Shown in pieces: positions 18,485-27,806 of a stretch of 64,000 nt of DNA (position 1 is its first letter; each line of letters starts with the position of its first letter). The notes beneath the pieces are model-generated. The model made no database searches. It was not told where the DNA came from and was given only the letters and a program-made list of their open reading frames with translations. A program made the position numbers and the translations under genes. The DNA comes from Syntrophales bacterium (lineage in GTDB: Bacteria > Desulfobacterota > Syntrophia > Syntrophales > UBA2210): the NCBI GenBank assembly GCA_963666365.2, contig CAXXNF010000002.1, positions 1,504,001 through 1,568,000 on the forward strand. The letters are read 5' to 3'.

Positions 18485-19563
18485 GATTCCGGGTCTCCCA
18501 CGGGGTATGATCCCAGCAGTTTGACAAAGGTACAGGCCTCTTGAATCTGTTCGAGAGAGGCGGCGACCTTTTCATCATCGGCATGTCCGATGAAATCAAC
18601 GAAGAACAGATATTCCCATATCCGCTCTCGCACGGGATGGGACACAATCTTTGTGAGATTAATTCCCCGGTCGCTGAAGGGGGCAAGTGCATGAAGCAGT
18701 GCCCCCGGTTCGTGGCGAACGCTGAAGAGTATGGACGTCTTATCTTTGCCCGTCGCACGATTGATCCCTCGCCCGAGTATGAGAAACCGGGTCACGTTTA
18801 CGGGATGATCCTCTATGCCTTCGGCGATGATGTCAAGCCCGTAGGTCAAGGCCGCCGCCTTGCTTCCCACGGCCGCCGCCTCTTTATCGTCCAGGACGCG
18901 TCGCGCCGCCTTTGCCGTGCTTTCCTCCTCACAAAGTTCGCAATGGGGCAGATTGTTCCGAAGCCACCGCTGGCACTGGGCAAGGGCCTGCGGATGGGAA
19001 TAGACCCTTTTCAGCAGATCCATTTTTCCGCCTACCGACAGAAGGCAGTGGCTGATGGGAAGATAGACATCACCCACAATATTGAGCGGAGTGGAAATTA
19101 ACTTATCCAGCGTCTGCTTTACGGAACCTTCCAGTGAATTTTCCACGGGAACCACTCCAAAATCGGCTCTTCCCTTTTCCACTTCTTCACACACATCGAA
19201 GACCGTGGGCTGCGCCGAAAGATCCTGGGCGCCGCCGAAGTGAGAGCGCGCCGCCAGATGGGTGAAAGAGGCCTCCGGCCCCAGATAGGCAACAGTAACC
19301 GGTCTCTGCAGGGAGCGCGATATCGAGAGAATTTCACGATAAACCTGCCTGAGTGCAGCGGCGCTCATAGGACCCTTGCTTATCGCCTCCAGATGGGAAC
19401 AGAGTTCATGCTCACGGCAGGGGTCGTACACCTCACAACCGCGTTCCCTTTTAAATGCGCCTATCTGAATCGACAGCCCGGCCCGTTCGTTCAAAAGCCG
19501 CACAATTTCTTCATCCAGTGTAAGTATGCGCGCTCTCAATTGTTCTAATCTATCCGCCATCAC
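18481..19563 (-). CDS. pheA: Chorismate mutase / prephenate dehydratase
   Basis: N-terminal AroQ domain, LGPEASFT, PVENS, SHPQALAQC, TRF, C-terminal ACT domain. Confidence 0.95.
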   Translation of the reverse strand: MMADRLEQLRARILTLDEEIVRLLNERAGLSIQIGAFKRERGCEVYDPCREHELCSHLEAISKGPMSAAALRQVYREILSISRSLQRPVTVAYLGPEASFTHLAARSHFGGAQDLSAQPTVFDVCEEVEKGRADFGVVPVENSLEGSVKQTLDKLISTPLNIVGDVYLPISHCLLSVGGKMDLLKRVYSHPQALAQCQRWLRNNLPHCELCEEESTAKAARRVLDDKEAAAVGSKAAALTYGLDIIAEGIEDHPVNVTRFLILGRGINRATGKDKTSILFSVRHEPGALLHALAPFSDRGINLTKIVSHPVRERIWEYLFFVDFIGHADDEKVAASLEQIQEACTFVKLLGSYPVGDPES

Positions 19564-20654
19564 ATCCTCAGTTCTTCAATGGTGTCTTTTACCGTTTGCT
19601 CGTCTATTGAACCGTTTATGAAGGGCATTCCTATTTTTTTGAGGAGTACAAAGTGCAGCTCGCTATTCTGCCGTTTCTTGTCGCGCTGCATGTGACGTAG
19701 TATACCCGTCGTGTCCATGGTATCGGGAATTACGGTGGGCAATCCCAGTGAACGAATAAGCCTTTCGATCCGCTGTCGTTCCGCCGCCCCCAGGTGCCCC
19801 CTTTTCTCCGAAATACGGCCCGCAGCGATCATCCCCAGAGAGACCGCGCTTCCATGGGACATGGTATAGGCCGACTGCGCCTCCAGGGCATGGCCGAGCG
19901 TATGGCCGAAATTGAGTATGCGTCGCATTCCCCTGTCCTGCTCGTCGATTTCGACAATGCTCTTTTTAATTTTACAGGCCTGTTCCACCACACTCTGCAG
20001 CAGTTCCATATCCCCCTCGACGAGTTTTTCACCGTCACGCTCGAGTAAGGAAAAGAGATCGACATCGTCGATAATACCGTATTTCACGATTTCCGCCAGC
20101 CCGTTTTTTATTTCCTGTGAGGGCAGACTTTGCAGGAATTGAAGATCAATGAATACAAAACGCGGTTGATAGAAGGCGCCCAGGAGATTTTTCCCCTCAG
20201 GCAGGTCAATGCCCGTTTTCCCTCCCACGCTGCTGTCCACCTGGGCAAGGAGTGTGGTGGGTATCTGAATATAGGGAATTGACCGCATGTAGAGAGATGC
20301 TGCAAATCCCACAATATCGCCTGTCACGCCGCCGCCAAGGGCAATGAGCGCCGTTTCCCTGTCGGCCCCCAGTTCCACGAGACGGCGGGAAATGGAAACG
20401 ACCGTTTCCGGGGTTTTGGACTCCTCCCCTGCGGGAAATTCCATAATGTCCGCAGAAAGTCCCGCATCTTTCAGCATCGACATCACTTTTTCGCCATAGA
20501 GCGCCGCTACCGTCGAGTCGGCGATTACCACATAACGTCGGGCCAGGTTACTCTTGGCAATGACCATGGCCGCCCTGTCAAGAATACCCTTTCCGATACA
20601 TATTTCATAGGAATGATTCGTTTTTTTGGTCAGCGACAGCTTCAAACGTTTCAT
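19560..20654 (-). CDS. aroB: 3-dehydroquinate synthase
   Basis: GEESK, LGGGVTGD, PTTLLAQVDSSVGGK, LNFGHT, HG. Confidence 0.96.
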   Translation of the reverse strand: MKRLKLSLTKKTNHSYEICIGKGILDRAAMVIAKSNLARRYVVIADSTVAALYGEKVMSMLKDAGLSADIMEFPAGEESKTPETVVSISRRLVELGADRETALIALGGGVTGDIVGFAASLYMRSIPYIQIPTTLLAQVDSSVGGKTGIDLPEGKNLLGAFYQPRFVFIDLQFLQSLPSQEIKNGLAEIVKYGIIDDVDLFSLLERDGEKLVEGDMELLQSVVEQACKIKKSIVEIDEQDRGMRRILNFGHTLGHALEAQSAYTMSHGSAVSLGMIAAGRISEKRGHLGAAERQRIERLIRSLGLPTVIPDTMDTTGILRHMQRDKKRQNSELHFVLLKKIGMPFINGSIDEQTVKDTIEELRM

Positions 20655-21679
20655 TGGCGCACCCCTTTTGCCTCTTTCATAAGGTTCTCCAGTGTCCGGA
20701 TCTGATCCATGAATTCATAGAACCGTTCAGGTTTAAGGGACTGAGCCCCGTCAGATACGGCCTTTTCAGGTTCCGGATGAATCTCGATCATCACCCCGTC
20801 GGCGCCTACCGCCAGAGCGCTTTTCGCCAGGGGAAGCACATACTTCCAGTTGCCGGCGGCATGACTGGGATCGATGATCACGGGAAGATGGGTCAATTCC
20901 TTCAGCACAGGAACCGCGCTGATGTCCAGGGTGTTGCGCGTTGCCGTTTCAAAGGTCCGGATGCCCCGCTCGCAGAGAATTACCCGGTCGTTTCCTTCGG
21001 ACAGTATGTACTCCGCCGACATAAGGAGTTCTTCTATGGTGGTCATCAATCCCCTTTTCAGGAATACCGGCTTCTTCGCTTTTCCCACGCGCTTCAGAAG
21101 CGCAAAATTCTGCGTGTTTCGGGCACCGATTTGAAGAATGTCCGCATATTGCTCAACCACGTCCACTTCGGTGGTGTTCATCACCTCCGTAATGATGGGA
21201 AGTCCCGTTTTATCCCCTGCGTCCCTCAGTATCTTCAGCCCTTCCTCCTCCATGCCCTGGAAACTGTAAGGGGAGGTTCTCGGTTTGTAGGCGCCGCCCC
21301 TGATGATATTGGCGCCCCCTTTTTTTGCAATCACGGCGCTTTCCATCATCTGCTCTTCGCTCTCGATGGAACAGGGTCCGGCAATTACCACAAAGTCGGG
21401 ACCGCCGATGTGGACATCGCCCACGCGAATGATCGTATCACACTCCCTGGACTCACGGCTCGCAAGTTTATAAGGCTTGAGGATCGGAATCACTTTTTCG
21501 ACACCGGCAAGATTCTCGATAAATTTTACCTGCCCGCTGGGTCTGTTGCTGCCAACGGCACCGATAATAGTCCGTTCCACCCCGTGTGAGGGATGCGCAT
21601 GGTACCCTACCGATTGAATCCACTCAATCACCTTGCCCACCTGTTGTTCCGTCGCATTTTTCTTCATGACAATAATCAC
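20651..21679 (-). CDS. aroF: DAHP synthase, type I-beta with N-terminal ACT-like regulatory domain
   Basis: GTG start at 21679 after AAGGAGAGG. AGPCSIE, KPRTSPYSFQG, IGARN, CERG, DPSH. Confidence 0.94.
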   Translation of the reverse strand: MIIVMKKNATEQQVGKVIEWIQSVGYHAHPSHGVERTIIGAVGSNRPSGQVKFIENLAGVEKVIPILKPYKLASRESRECDTIIRVGDVHIGGPDFVVIAGPCSIESEEQMMESAVIAKKGGANIIRGGAYKPRTSPYSFQGMEEEGLKILRDAGDKTGLPIITEVMNTTEVDVVEQYADILQIGARNTQNFALLKRVGKAKKPVFLKRGLMTTIEELLMSAEYILSEGNDRVILCERGIRTFETATRNTLDISAVPVLKELTHLPVIIDPSHAAGNWKYVLPLAKSALAVGADGVMIEIHPEPEKAVSDGAQSLKPERFYEFMDQIRTLENLMKEAKGVRQ

Positions 21680-21703
21680 TTGACCTCTCCTTTCAACGAG
21701 AAA

Positions 21704-21782
21704 GGCCGTGGCGAATTCTTTTTTCACCACGGCCCAAAAATAAAAAGCCATGGTGCGGATCCTCTCTCGATCCGCCCATGGC
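21704..21782 (-). terminator. aro attenuator terminator plus a second hairpin
   Basis: GCCATGGGCGGATC-loop-GATCCGCACCATGGC-TTTTTATTTTT (21782-21736), followed by GGCCGTGG...CCACGGCC (21734-21704). Confidence 0.8.
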
Positions 21783-21808
21783 CTTGAATTCTATTTTATT
21801 GTGTGTTT

Positions 21809-21898
21809 CTAACTTCTCCAGGCAAAGGGACAGACCGAGGTATGATAAAAATACCAGTAAAAGCTAAAATAGTTGTCTGCCCTGCAGTTAATGCCCAT
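21809..21898 (-). CDS. Aromatic-rich leader peptide MGINCRADNYFSFYWYFYHTSVCPFAWRS
   Basis: AAGGA RBS. 29 codons with 8 aromatic residues in a 9-codon window, located upstream of the terminator and aroF. Confidence 0.85.
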   Translation of the reverse strand: MGINCRADNYFSFYWYFYHTSVCPFAWRS

Positions 21899-21933
21899 TC
21901 TCTATCCTTTGACTCACTGTCAATTAGCGGGTG

Positions 21934-21962
21934 ATTCAATCATAAATAATTATATCTGTCAA
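21934..21962 (-). promoter_or_regulatory. Sigma70-type promoter of the aro operon
   Basis: TTGACA, 17-bp spacer, TTGAAT with an upstream TG. Confidence 0.5.
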
Positions 21963-21972
21963 TATAAAAATG

Positions 21973-22094
21973 GGGACACTTCCCTATTTAATCGTTAGGA
22001 TCGTTAATAACGTTATGAGCGTTTAGATCGTTGGTATCAAAACGTTCTCAACGCTCTGAACACTTTTCATTAAATAGAGGGAAGTGTCCCTATT
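21973..22094. repeat. REPIN-like element, same subtype as 1502-1623
   Basis: GGGACACTTCCCTATTTAATCGTT ... AAATAGAGGGAAGTGTCCCTATTT. The interior 9-mers are similar to those at 1524-1600. Confidence 0.85.
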
Positions 22095-24227
22095 TTACTT
22101 CATGGAAAGCGATATTCGTCCCCGTGCACGGTCTATACCGGTCACGGTGACTGTGACGTTCTGATTGACCTTGACGACATCATGGGGATGTTTCACAAAT
22201 CTGTCGGCCATCTCGCTGATATGGACGAGGCCGTCGCGATGCACACCGATATCGACAAAGGCGCCGAAGGCCGTTACATTGGTCACCACACCCGGCAGCC
22301 GCATTCCCTGTTCGAGGTCGGAAATATCATTGATGCCTTCTTTGAAATGATACAGGGTGAACTCGCTGCGGGGGTCCCTCCCCGGCTTTGCCAGTTCGGT
22401 CATGATATCGCGCAGCGTCGGCATTCCCACCGAAGCGGTCACATATCGTTCCGGCTGAATCTGCGCTCTCACGTCGGCACGGGCAAGCAGGTCCTCTACG
22501 GTGACGCCGCAGTCCGCCGCCATGGCTTCCACAATAGCATATCGCTCGGGATGGACGGCTGAGGCATCCAGGGGGTTTTCACCGCCTCGAATTCGTAAAA
22601 ATCCTGCCGCCTGCTCGAAGGTCCGGGGACCCATGCCCGAAACGTTCATCAGATCCTTTCGCGAGAGGAAAGGACCTTCGCAATCCCGAAAGGCAACAAT
22701 CGCCGCTGCAAGTCTCTCGGACAACCCCGACACGTACCCGAGAATCTGTCTGCTCGCCGTATTCACATCCACCCCCACCGCATTGACACAACTCACCACG
22801 ACATCATCCAGGGCCGTCTTCAGAAGACGCTGATCCACATCGTGCTGGTACTGGCCCACACCGATTGATTTCGGATCAATTTTTACCAGTTCAGCCAGGG
22901 GATCCATAAGGCGCCTGCCGATTGATACGGCACCACGGACCGTCACATCCTGATCGGGAAACTCCTCCCGCGCTGCTTCCGAGGCCGAGTAGATGGAGGC
23001 ACCGCTTTCGTTTACCATCACGATAACAGGCGGTTTCGCACACTCGATACCCTTCAAAAAGAGCTCCGCCTCGCGTCCCCCTGTACCGTTCCCCACCGCA
23101 ATCGCCTCGACATTGAATTTTTCCACAAGATCCCTCAGGAGAACCGTGGCTTCTTTGACCTTTTTATGCGGTTCCAGGGGATAGATTGTCTCCGTGGCCA
23201 GAAGTTTTCCTTGAGGATCAAGACAGGCCACCTTGCAGCCCGTGCGCAATCCCGGATCAACGGCAAGCACCGCCTTTTGCCCAAGCGGCGGGGCGAGCAA
23301 AAGATTGCGAAGATTTTCGGCAAAGACTTTCACCGCCTCCTCATCGGCCCTGACCTTCGTCTCCAGGCGCATTTCCGTTTCCAGTGAAAGAGAAAGAAGA
23401 CGGCGGTAACTGTCTTTTGCTGCCAGGGCCATCTGACGGGCTGTTTCGCTTTCGCCGCGGACAAACCTTCTTTCCAAAAGTGCCAGGGCATCCTCCTCAC
23501 CGGCAAGAATCCGGAACCGGAGCACACCTTCAGCCGCTCCCCGGCGAATCGCCAGCACGCGATGGGACGGGGCCGCCATGGCAGGTTCCCGCCATTCATA
23601 ATAGTCCCTGAACTTTATCCCCTTTTCTTCCATATCCTTTGCCACGGATGACGTCAGCACTCCCGTGGCGCGGAAGAGTTCGCGGAGCTCCGCCCGAACA
23701 TCCCCGTCTTCGTTGATCCATTCGGCAATGATATCCCGAGCCCCCGCCAGGGCATCATCGGTACTCCCAACCCCCTTCCCGGCATCAACAAAGGAGGAAG
23801 CCATCTCGTGAGGATTCACGGTTTCATATGTAAAGACCGCCTTTGCCAGGGGCTCCAGCCCCCTTTCAAGAGCCGCCATACCCCGGGTCCGACGCTTCGG
23901 TCGGTAAGGCAGGTACAGATCCTCCAGAATCGGGAGCGTCTCTGCGGCTTCTACCTTCCGACGAAGTTCATCGGTAAACGCCCCCTGCTCCTCCAGCGAT
24001 TTTATGATGGCGGCGCGACGCGCATCAAGCTCACGAAGGCGGAGCAGACCGTCGCGTATCGCAATAATGGCAACCTCGTCCAGCCCCCCGGTGATTTCCT
24101 TTCGATATCGGGCAATGAAGGGTACCGTCGCCCCATTTTCAAGAAGACCGGCTGCGGCCTCTACCTTATGCGGGTCCAGCGCAAGGTCCCCGGCAATTTT
24201 TATAATATGGACATCGTTTCGGGTCAT
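22095..24227 (-). CDS. tex: Tex-family transcription accessory protein (S1 domain)
   Basis: TVPFIARYRKE, DPGLRTGCK, VNESGASIYSAS, IGVGQYQHD, C-terminal S1 domain. Confidence 0.95.
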   Translation of the reverse strand: MTRNDVHIIKIAGDLALDPHKVEAAAGLLENGATVPFIARYRKEITGGLDEVAIIAIRDGLLRLRELDARRAAIIKSLEEQGAFTDELRRKVEAAETLPILEDLYLPYRPKRRTRGMAALERGLEPLAKAVFTYETVNPHEMASSFVDAGKGVGSTDDALAGARDIIAEWINEDGDVRAELRELFRATGVLTSSVAKDMEEKGIKFRDYYEWREPAMAAPSHRVLAIRRGAAEGVLRFRILAGEEDALALLERRFVRGESETARQMALAAKDSYRRLLSLSLETEMRLETKVRADEEAVKVFAENLRNLLLAPPLGQKAVLAVDPGLRTGCKVACLDPQGKLLATETIYPLEPHKKVKEATVLLRDLVEKFNVEAIAVGNGTGGREAELFLKGIECAKPPVIVMVNESGASIYSASEAAREEFPDQDVTVRGAVSIGRRLMDPLAELVKIDPKSIGVGQYQHDVDQRLLKTALDDVVVSCVNAVGVDVNTASRQILGYVSGLSERLAAAIVAFRDCEGPFLSRKDLMNVSGMGPRTFEQAAGFLRIRGGENPLDASAVHPERYAIVEAMAADCGVTVEDLLARADVRAQIQPERYVTASVGMPTLRDIMTELAKPGRDPRSEFTLYHFKEGINDISDLEQGMRLPGVVTNVTAFGAFVDIGVHRDGLVHISEMADRFVKHPHDVVKVNQNVTVTVTGIDRARGRISLSMK

Positions 24228-24270
24228 CTGGTCTGTCTGGTCTGTCTGGTCTGTCTGGTCTGTCTGGTCT
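24227..24270. repeat. Near-perfect (TCTGGTCTG)x5 abutting the tex start codon
   Basis: Four perfect units plus 8 of 9 bases of a fifth. Confidence 0.92.
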
Positions 24271-24515
24271 TACAAGAGAAGCATGGCGAAGAGAAATAGC
24301 AGTGGAACGAAGATTTGTAAAGATGAATTATGAAATAGGTGAAATAAACAGCATCTTGTTTTAATTTGACAGGAATATATCGCCTTTAGTAGCATCACTG
24401 GCTGTGTCCAGTCGTAATAATTTTACAGACCACAGGCGATATGGTAGGGTACGCAGTATCGGCATGAGCTTTTGGAAAAACAAAGGTCCGAAACTACCTG
24501 CTTCAGCCGTAAAAT

Positions 24516-24532
24516 AATAGGGAAGTGTCCCT
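24516..24532. repeat. Solo REP-like unit AATAGGGAAGTGTCCCT
   Basis: Identical to the element ends above. No partner seen. Confidence 0.75.
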
Positions 24533-24550
24533 CAAACCGAAGGAGTTTCC

Positions 24551-25702
24551 ATGGATGAATTGAGCAACTTCTCCCGGGCGGCCGCCCTCCCCGAAAGGTA
24601 CGGGGAAGAACTGAAAATGGAGGGGAACAGGATCATCGGGTATTTCTGTTCCTACTGTCCCGAGGAAATAATTCACGCCGCCGGTCTCCACCCCATGCGC
24701 CTTTTTGGCACGTCGCAGCCGATTATGAAGGCGGACAGGCATCTTCAGGCCTATTGCTGCTCTCTGGCACGAGGCGCCCTGGAAAACGCTCTGTCCGGCG
24801 CCTTTGAATTTCTCGCCGGAGCAGTCTTTCCCCACACCTGCGACACCATTCAGCGGCTCTCCGACATCTGGCGGCTCAACACCGACTTCAGCTTTTTTGC
24901 CGACGTGGTGCTGCCGGTGAAGCTCGACAGGGAAAGCGCAAAGGAGTACCTGGAAGCGGTCCTCAGAAAATTCAAAAGGGATCTTGAGGTATGGGTCGGC
25001 GCGGAGATTACCGACGAGGCATTGCACCGTTCAATCGAAACGTACAATGCCATACGGACCCGCCTGGGAAGGCTTTACCGTCTCAGATCGGACAATCCCG
25101 ACATCATAAGCGGGAGCGATGTGGCGACAATCGTAAAGGGATCGATGATCATGAAACGGGACAGTCTTCCGGAGCATCTCGATCGCCTTTTAGAAGAAAT
25201 CAAAGAGGGGCGCTACCGTACCGGAAGGGGCGATAGAGGAAAACGGTTGATAATTGCCGGAAGTATCTGCGATCATCCCGACTTTTACGACATACTGGAA
25301 CAAGCGGGCGGAACCGTGATTGAAGACGATCTGTGCACCGGCAGACGCTACTTTGAAGGCCTTATAGAGGGCAACGGCGATCCTGTCGCGGCGATCGCCC
25401 GCAGATACGCCGCACGCCCGATCTGCCCGGCCAAACATCTCTCGGAAAGCGCACGGGGGGAAGCGCTCATCGCTGAAGTAAAAAAGCATAATGCGCAAGG
25501 CGTCATATTCTTTCTTCTCAAATTCTGCGACCCTCACGCCTTCGACTACCCCTATCTCAAGGCGATGCTTGAAAAAGCATCCATCCCCAGCATTCTGATA
25601 GAGGTGGAGGACCGTCTTCCGCCCGAAGGGCAGCTCAAAACCCGTCTTGAGACCTTTATCCATATGCTCTCATCAAAAAGGAGTGCTCCATGGCCGACGT
25701 GA
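24551..25702 (+). CDS. 2-hydroxyacyl-CoA dehydratase / benzoyl-CoA reductase family subunit
   Basis: GYFCSYCPEEIIHAAG, HTCD, DDLCTG, KFCDPH, RLETF. Confidence 0.88.
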   Translation: MDELSNFSRAAALPERYGEELKMEGNRIIGYFCSYCPEEIIHAAGLHPMRLFGTSQPIMKADRHLQAYCCSLARGALENALSGAFEFLAGAVFPHTCDTIQRLSDIWRLNTDFSFFADVVLPVKLDRESAKEYLEAVLRKFKRDLEVWVGAEITDEALHRSIETYNAIRTRLGRLYRLRSDNPDIISGSDVATIVKGSMIMKRDSLPEHLDRLLEEIKEGRYRTGRGDRGKRLIIAGSICDHPDFYDILEQAGGTVIEDDLCTGRRYFEGLIEGNGDPVAAIARRYAARPICPAKHLSESARGEALIAEVKKHNAQGVIFFLLKFCDPHAFDYPYLKAMLEKASIPSILIEVEDRLPPEGQLKTRLETFIHMLSSKRSAPWPT

Positions 25703-26931
25703 AGGAAAAGGGCAGAGGCCCGAAAATCAAAATGGATGAAAAAATGAAGGAAATCATGACGGGGTACTATATCGAGGCCAAGACCGCCGCCGACAGGGGG
25801 AAGAAAGTGGCCTGGATCACCAGCGGCGGACCCGTGGAACCGCTTATCGCCATGGATGTGATTCCCGTCTACCCGGAAAATCACGGGGCCATGATCGGCG
25901 CCGCCAAGATGGGGGGCGATCTCTGCGAACGGGCCGAAGCCATGGGATACAGCGGCGATCTCTGCTCTTACGCACGATCCGACATCGCCTCGGCCGCCGT
26001 CGACGGCGGACCCATCGGCGGCCTTCCCCGGCCGGACATGCTGGTGGCCTGCAACAACATCTGCGGAACCGTCATGAAATGGTACGAGGTCCTGGCCCGT
26101 TTTTACGATGTGCCGCTCTTTATTTTAGACACCCCCATGTGCCATACCGAATACCTTGAAGAATCGAGGCGCTATGTCAAACGTCAGGTAGCGGAGTACG
26201 TGGAGTTTCTGGAAGCGGCATGCGATAAAAAATTCGACTACGACATAATGGCCGAAGTGGGAAGACGCTCGCTTGAAGCCCAGAAACTCTGGCAGGCGGT
26301 GCTCGATACGGCCATGACGCGGCCCTCGCCCATGACCGCCTTCGACGGCTTCTATCATCTGGCCCTTATCGTTACCCTGAGAGGCACACAGATTGCCGTC
26401 GATTATTACCGCGATCTTCTGAAGGAAATGCAGGAACGAGTTGCCCAAGGAATCGGCGCTATTCCCAACGAGCGGTACCGCCTGATGTGGGACAATCTTC
26501 CCATCTGGTACCGGTTAAAATGGCTGTCGAAAAAATTCGCCGCCCATGATGCCTGTCTGGTGGCCGATACCTACAATACGGCATGGTGCCGGTCCCTGCG
26601 CTACATTCAAACTGATGACTTTCTTGAATCCATGGCCGAAGGATACACCCGCATGTACTTGAATATCGGCATTGATCAGATGGCGGAAACGATCATCGAG
26701 ATGGCCGAAAAATATCAGGTCGACGGCATGGTTATGCATTCGAACCGGAGCTGCAAGCCATACTCATTCGGGCAGTACGACATCGCTCGAATGGTCCAGG
26801 AACGACTGAACATCCCCTGCCTGATGATCGAATCCCACATGGTGGATGAACGGAGTTTTTCCGAAAGCCAGACGGAGACGCGCATCGACGCGTTCATGGA
26901 AGTAATCAAAGAACGGGGCGGCGCGAGGTAA
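25690..26931 (+). CDS. 2-hydroxyacyl-CoA dehydratase family second subunit
   Basis: YPEN, DLCSY, CNNIC, HSNRSCK, TRIDAF. Confidence 0.88.
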   Translation: MADVKEKGRGPKIKMDEKMKEIMTGYYIEAKTAADRGKKVAWITSGGPVEPLIAMDVIPVYPENHGAMIGAAKMGGDLCERAEAMGYSGDLCSYARSDIASAAVDGGPIGGLPRPDMLVACNNICGTVMKWYEVLARFYDVPLFILDTPMCHTEYLEESRRYVKRQVAEYVEFLEAACDKKFDYDIMAEVGRRSLEAQKLWQAVLDTAMTRPSPMTAFDGFYHLALIVTLRGTQIAVDYYRDLLKEMQERVAQGIGAIPNERYRLMWDNLPIWYRLKWLSKKFAAHDACLVADTYNTAWCRSLRYIQTDDFLESMAEGYTRMYLNIGIDQMAETIIEMAEKYQVDGMVMHSNRSCKPYSFGQYDIARMVQERLNIPCLMIESHMVDERSFSESQTETRIDAFMEVIKERGGAR

Positions 26932-27011
26932 CGGGCTATGGGCCATGGGAAGCAACCTTTCATTACCTGTCATCGCCTATCGCCTGATTTCTGATTGTTA
27001 AAGGATTTTTT

Positions 27012-27791
27012 ATGGTAACTGCAGGCATCGACATCGGTTCTATTACAAGCAAGGCAGCCCTGCTGAACGACGAAGGAATCGTCGGCACGAAGGTGATCTT
27101 TACCGGATATAACGCCGAAAAGGCGGGGAAACGGGTCTATGAAGAGCTGCTGCAGGAGCTGGATCTCAGCGCGTCGGATATTTCCTTCGTGGTTTCAACA
27201 GGCTACGGCCGCAACGGGGTGAAGTGTGCCGACAAGGCCGTCACCGAGATCATCTGTCACGGCGCCGGCGCCTATTACCTGAATCCTCAGGTGCGGTCGA
27301 TTATCGATGTGGGCGGTCAGGACAGTAAGGCGCTGCTTCTCGACGAAACCGGCCGGGTTAAGGATTTTGTCATGAACGATAAATGCGCGGCCGGTACCGG
27401 TCGTTTCCTTGAGGTGATGGCCCGAGCCCTGGAAGTTGATCTGGATGAGTTCGGCCCGCTGTCGCTCGAATCGAATCGTCCTTCGAAAATAAGCAGTATC
27501 TGTACGGTGTTTGCGGAATCGGAGGTTATCTCTCTCATCTCGAAAGGAGAACGCAGGAAAGATATTATCGCCGGCATTCACGAATCGGTGGCCTCCCGCG
27601 TTTCGGCACTGGCGCACAGGGTGGGAATTATTCCTCCCGTCATGATGACCGGGGGGGTCGCAAAAAATGTGGGCGTCGTCGCGGCACTGGAAAAAAAACT
27701 GGGGCTGCCCATCGAGGTGTTTCCCGCTGCCCAGGTCAACGGCGCAATCGGTGCAGCCCTGCTGGCGCGTGAACAGGCCATTGGATCCTGA
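27012..27791 (+). CDS. Dehydratase activator (HgdC/BcrAD ASKHA ATPase, [4Fe-4S])
   Basis: GIDIGS, TGYGR, EIICH, DVGGQDSK, MNDKCAAGTGRFL, CTVFAESE. Confidence 0.93.
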   Translation: MVTAGIDIGSITSKAALLNDEGIVGTKVIFTGYNAEKAGKRVYEELLQELDLSASDISFVVSTGYGRNGVKCADKAVTEIICHGAGAYYLNPQVRSIIDVGGQDSKALLLDETGRVKDFVMNDKCAAGTGRFLEVMARALEVDLDEFGPLSLESNRPSKISSICTVFAESEVISLISKGERRKDIIAGIHESVASRVSALAHRVGIIPPVMMTGGVAKNVGVVAALEKKLGLPIEVFPAAQVNGAIGAALLAREQAIGS

Positions 27792-27806
27792 AATTAGGAA
27801 TTTTAT

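Noticed and set aside
21680..21751. N-terminal extension MAFYFW... of aroF in the ORF track as a second leader
   Set aside because: It comes from reading through the terminator U tract. The SD-supported start is GTG 21679.
1502..24532. GGGACACTTCCCTATTT repeats as a CRISPR array
   Set aside because: Copies are dispersed and inverted, with no regular spacers and no cas genes.
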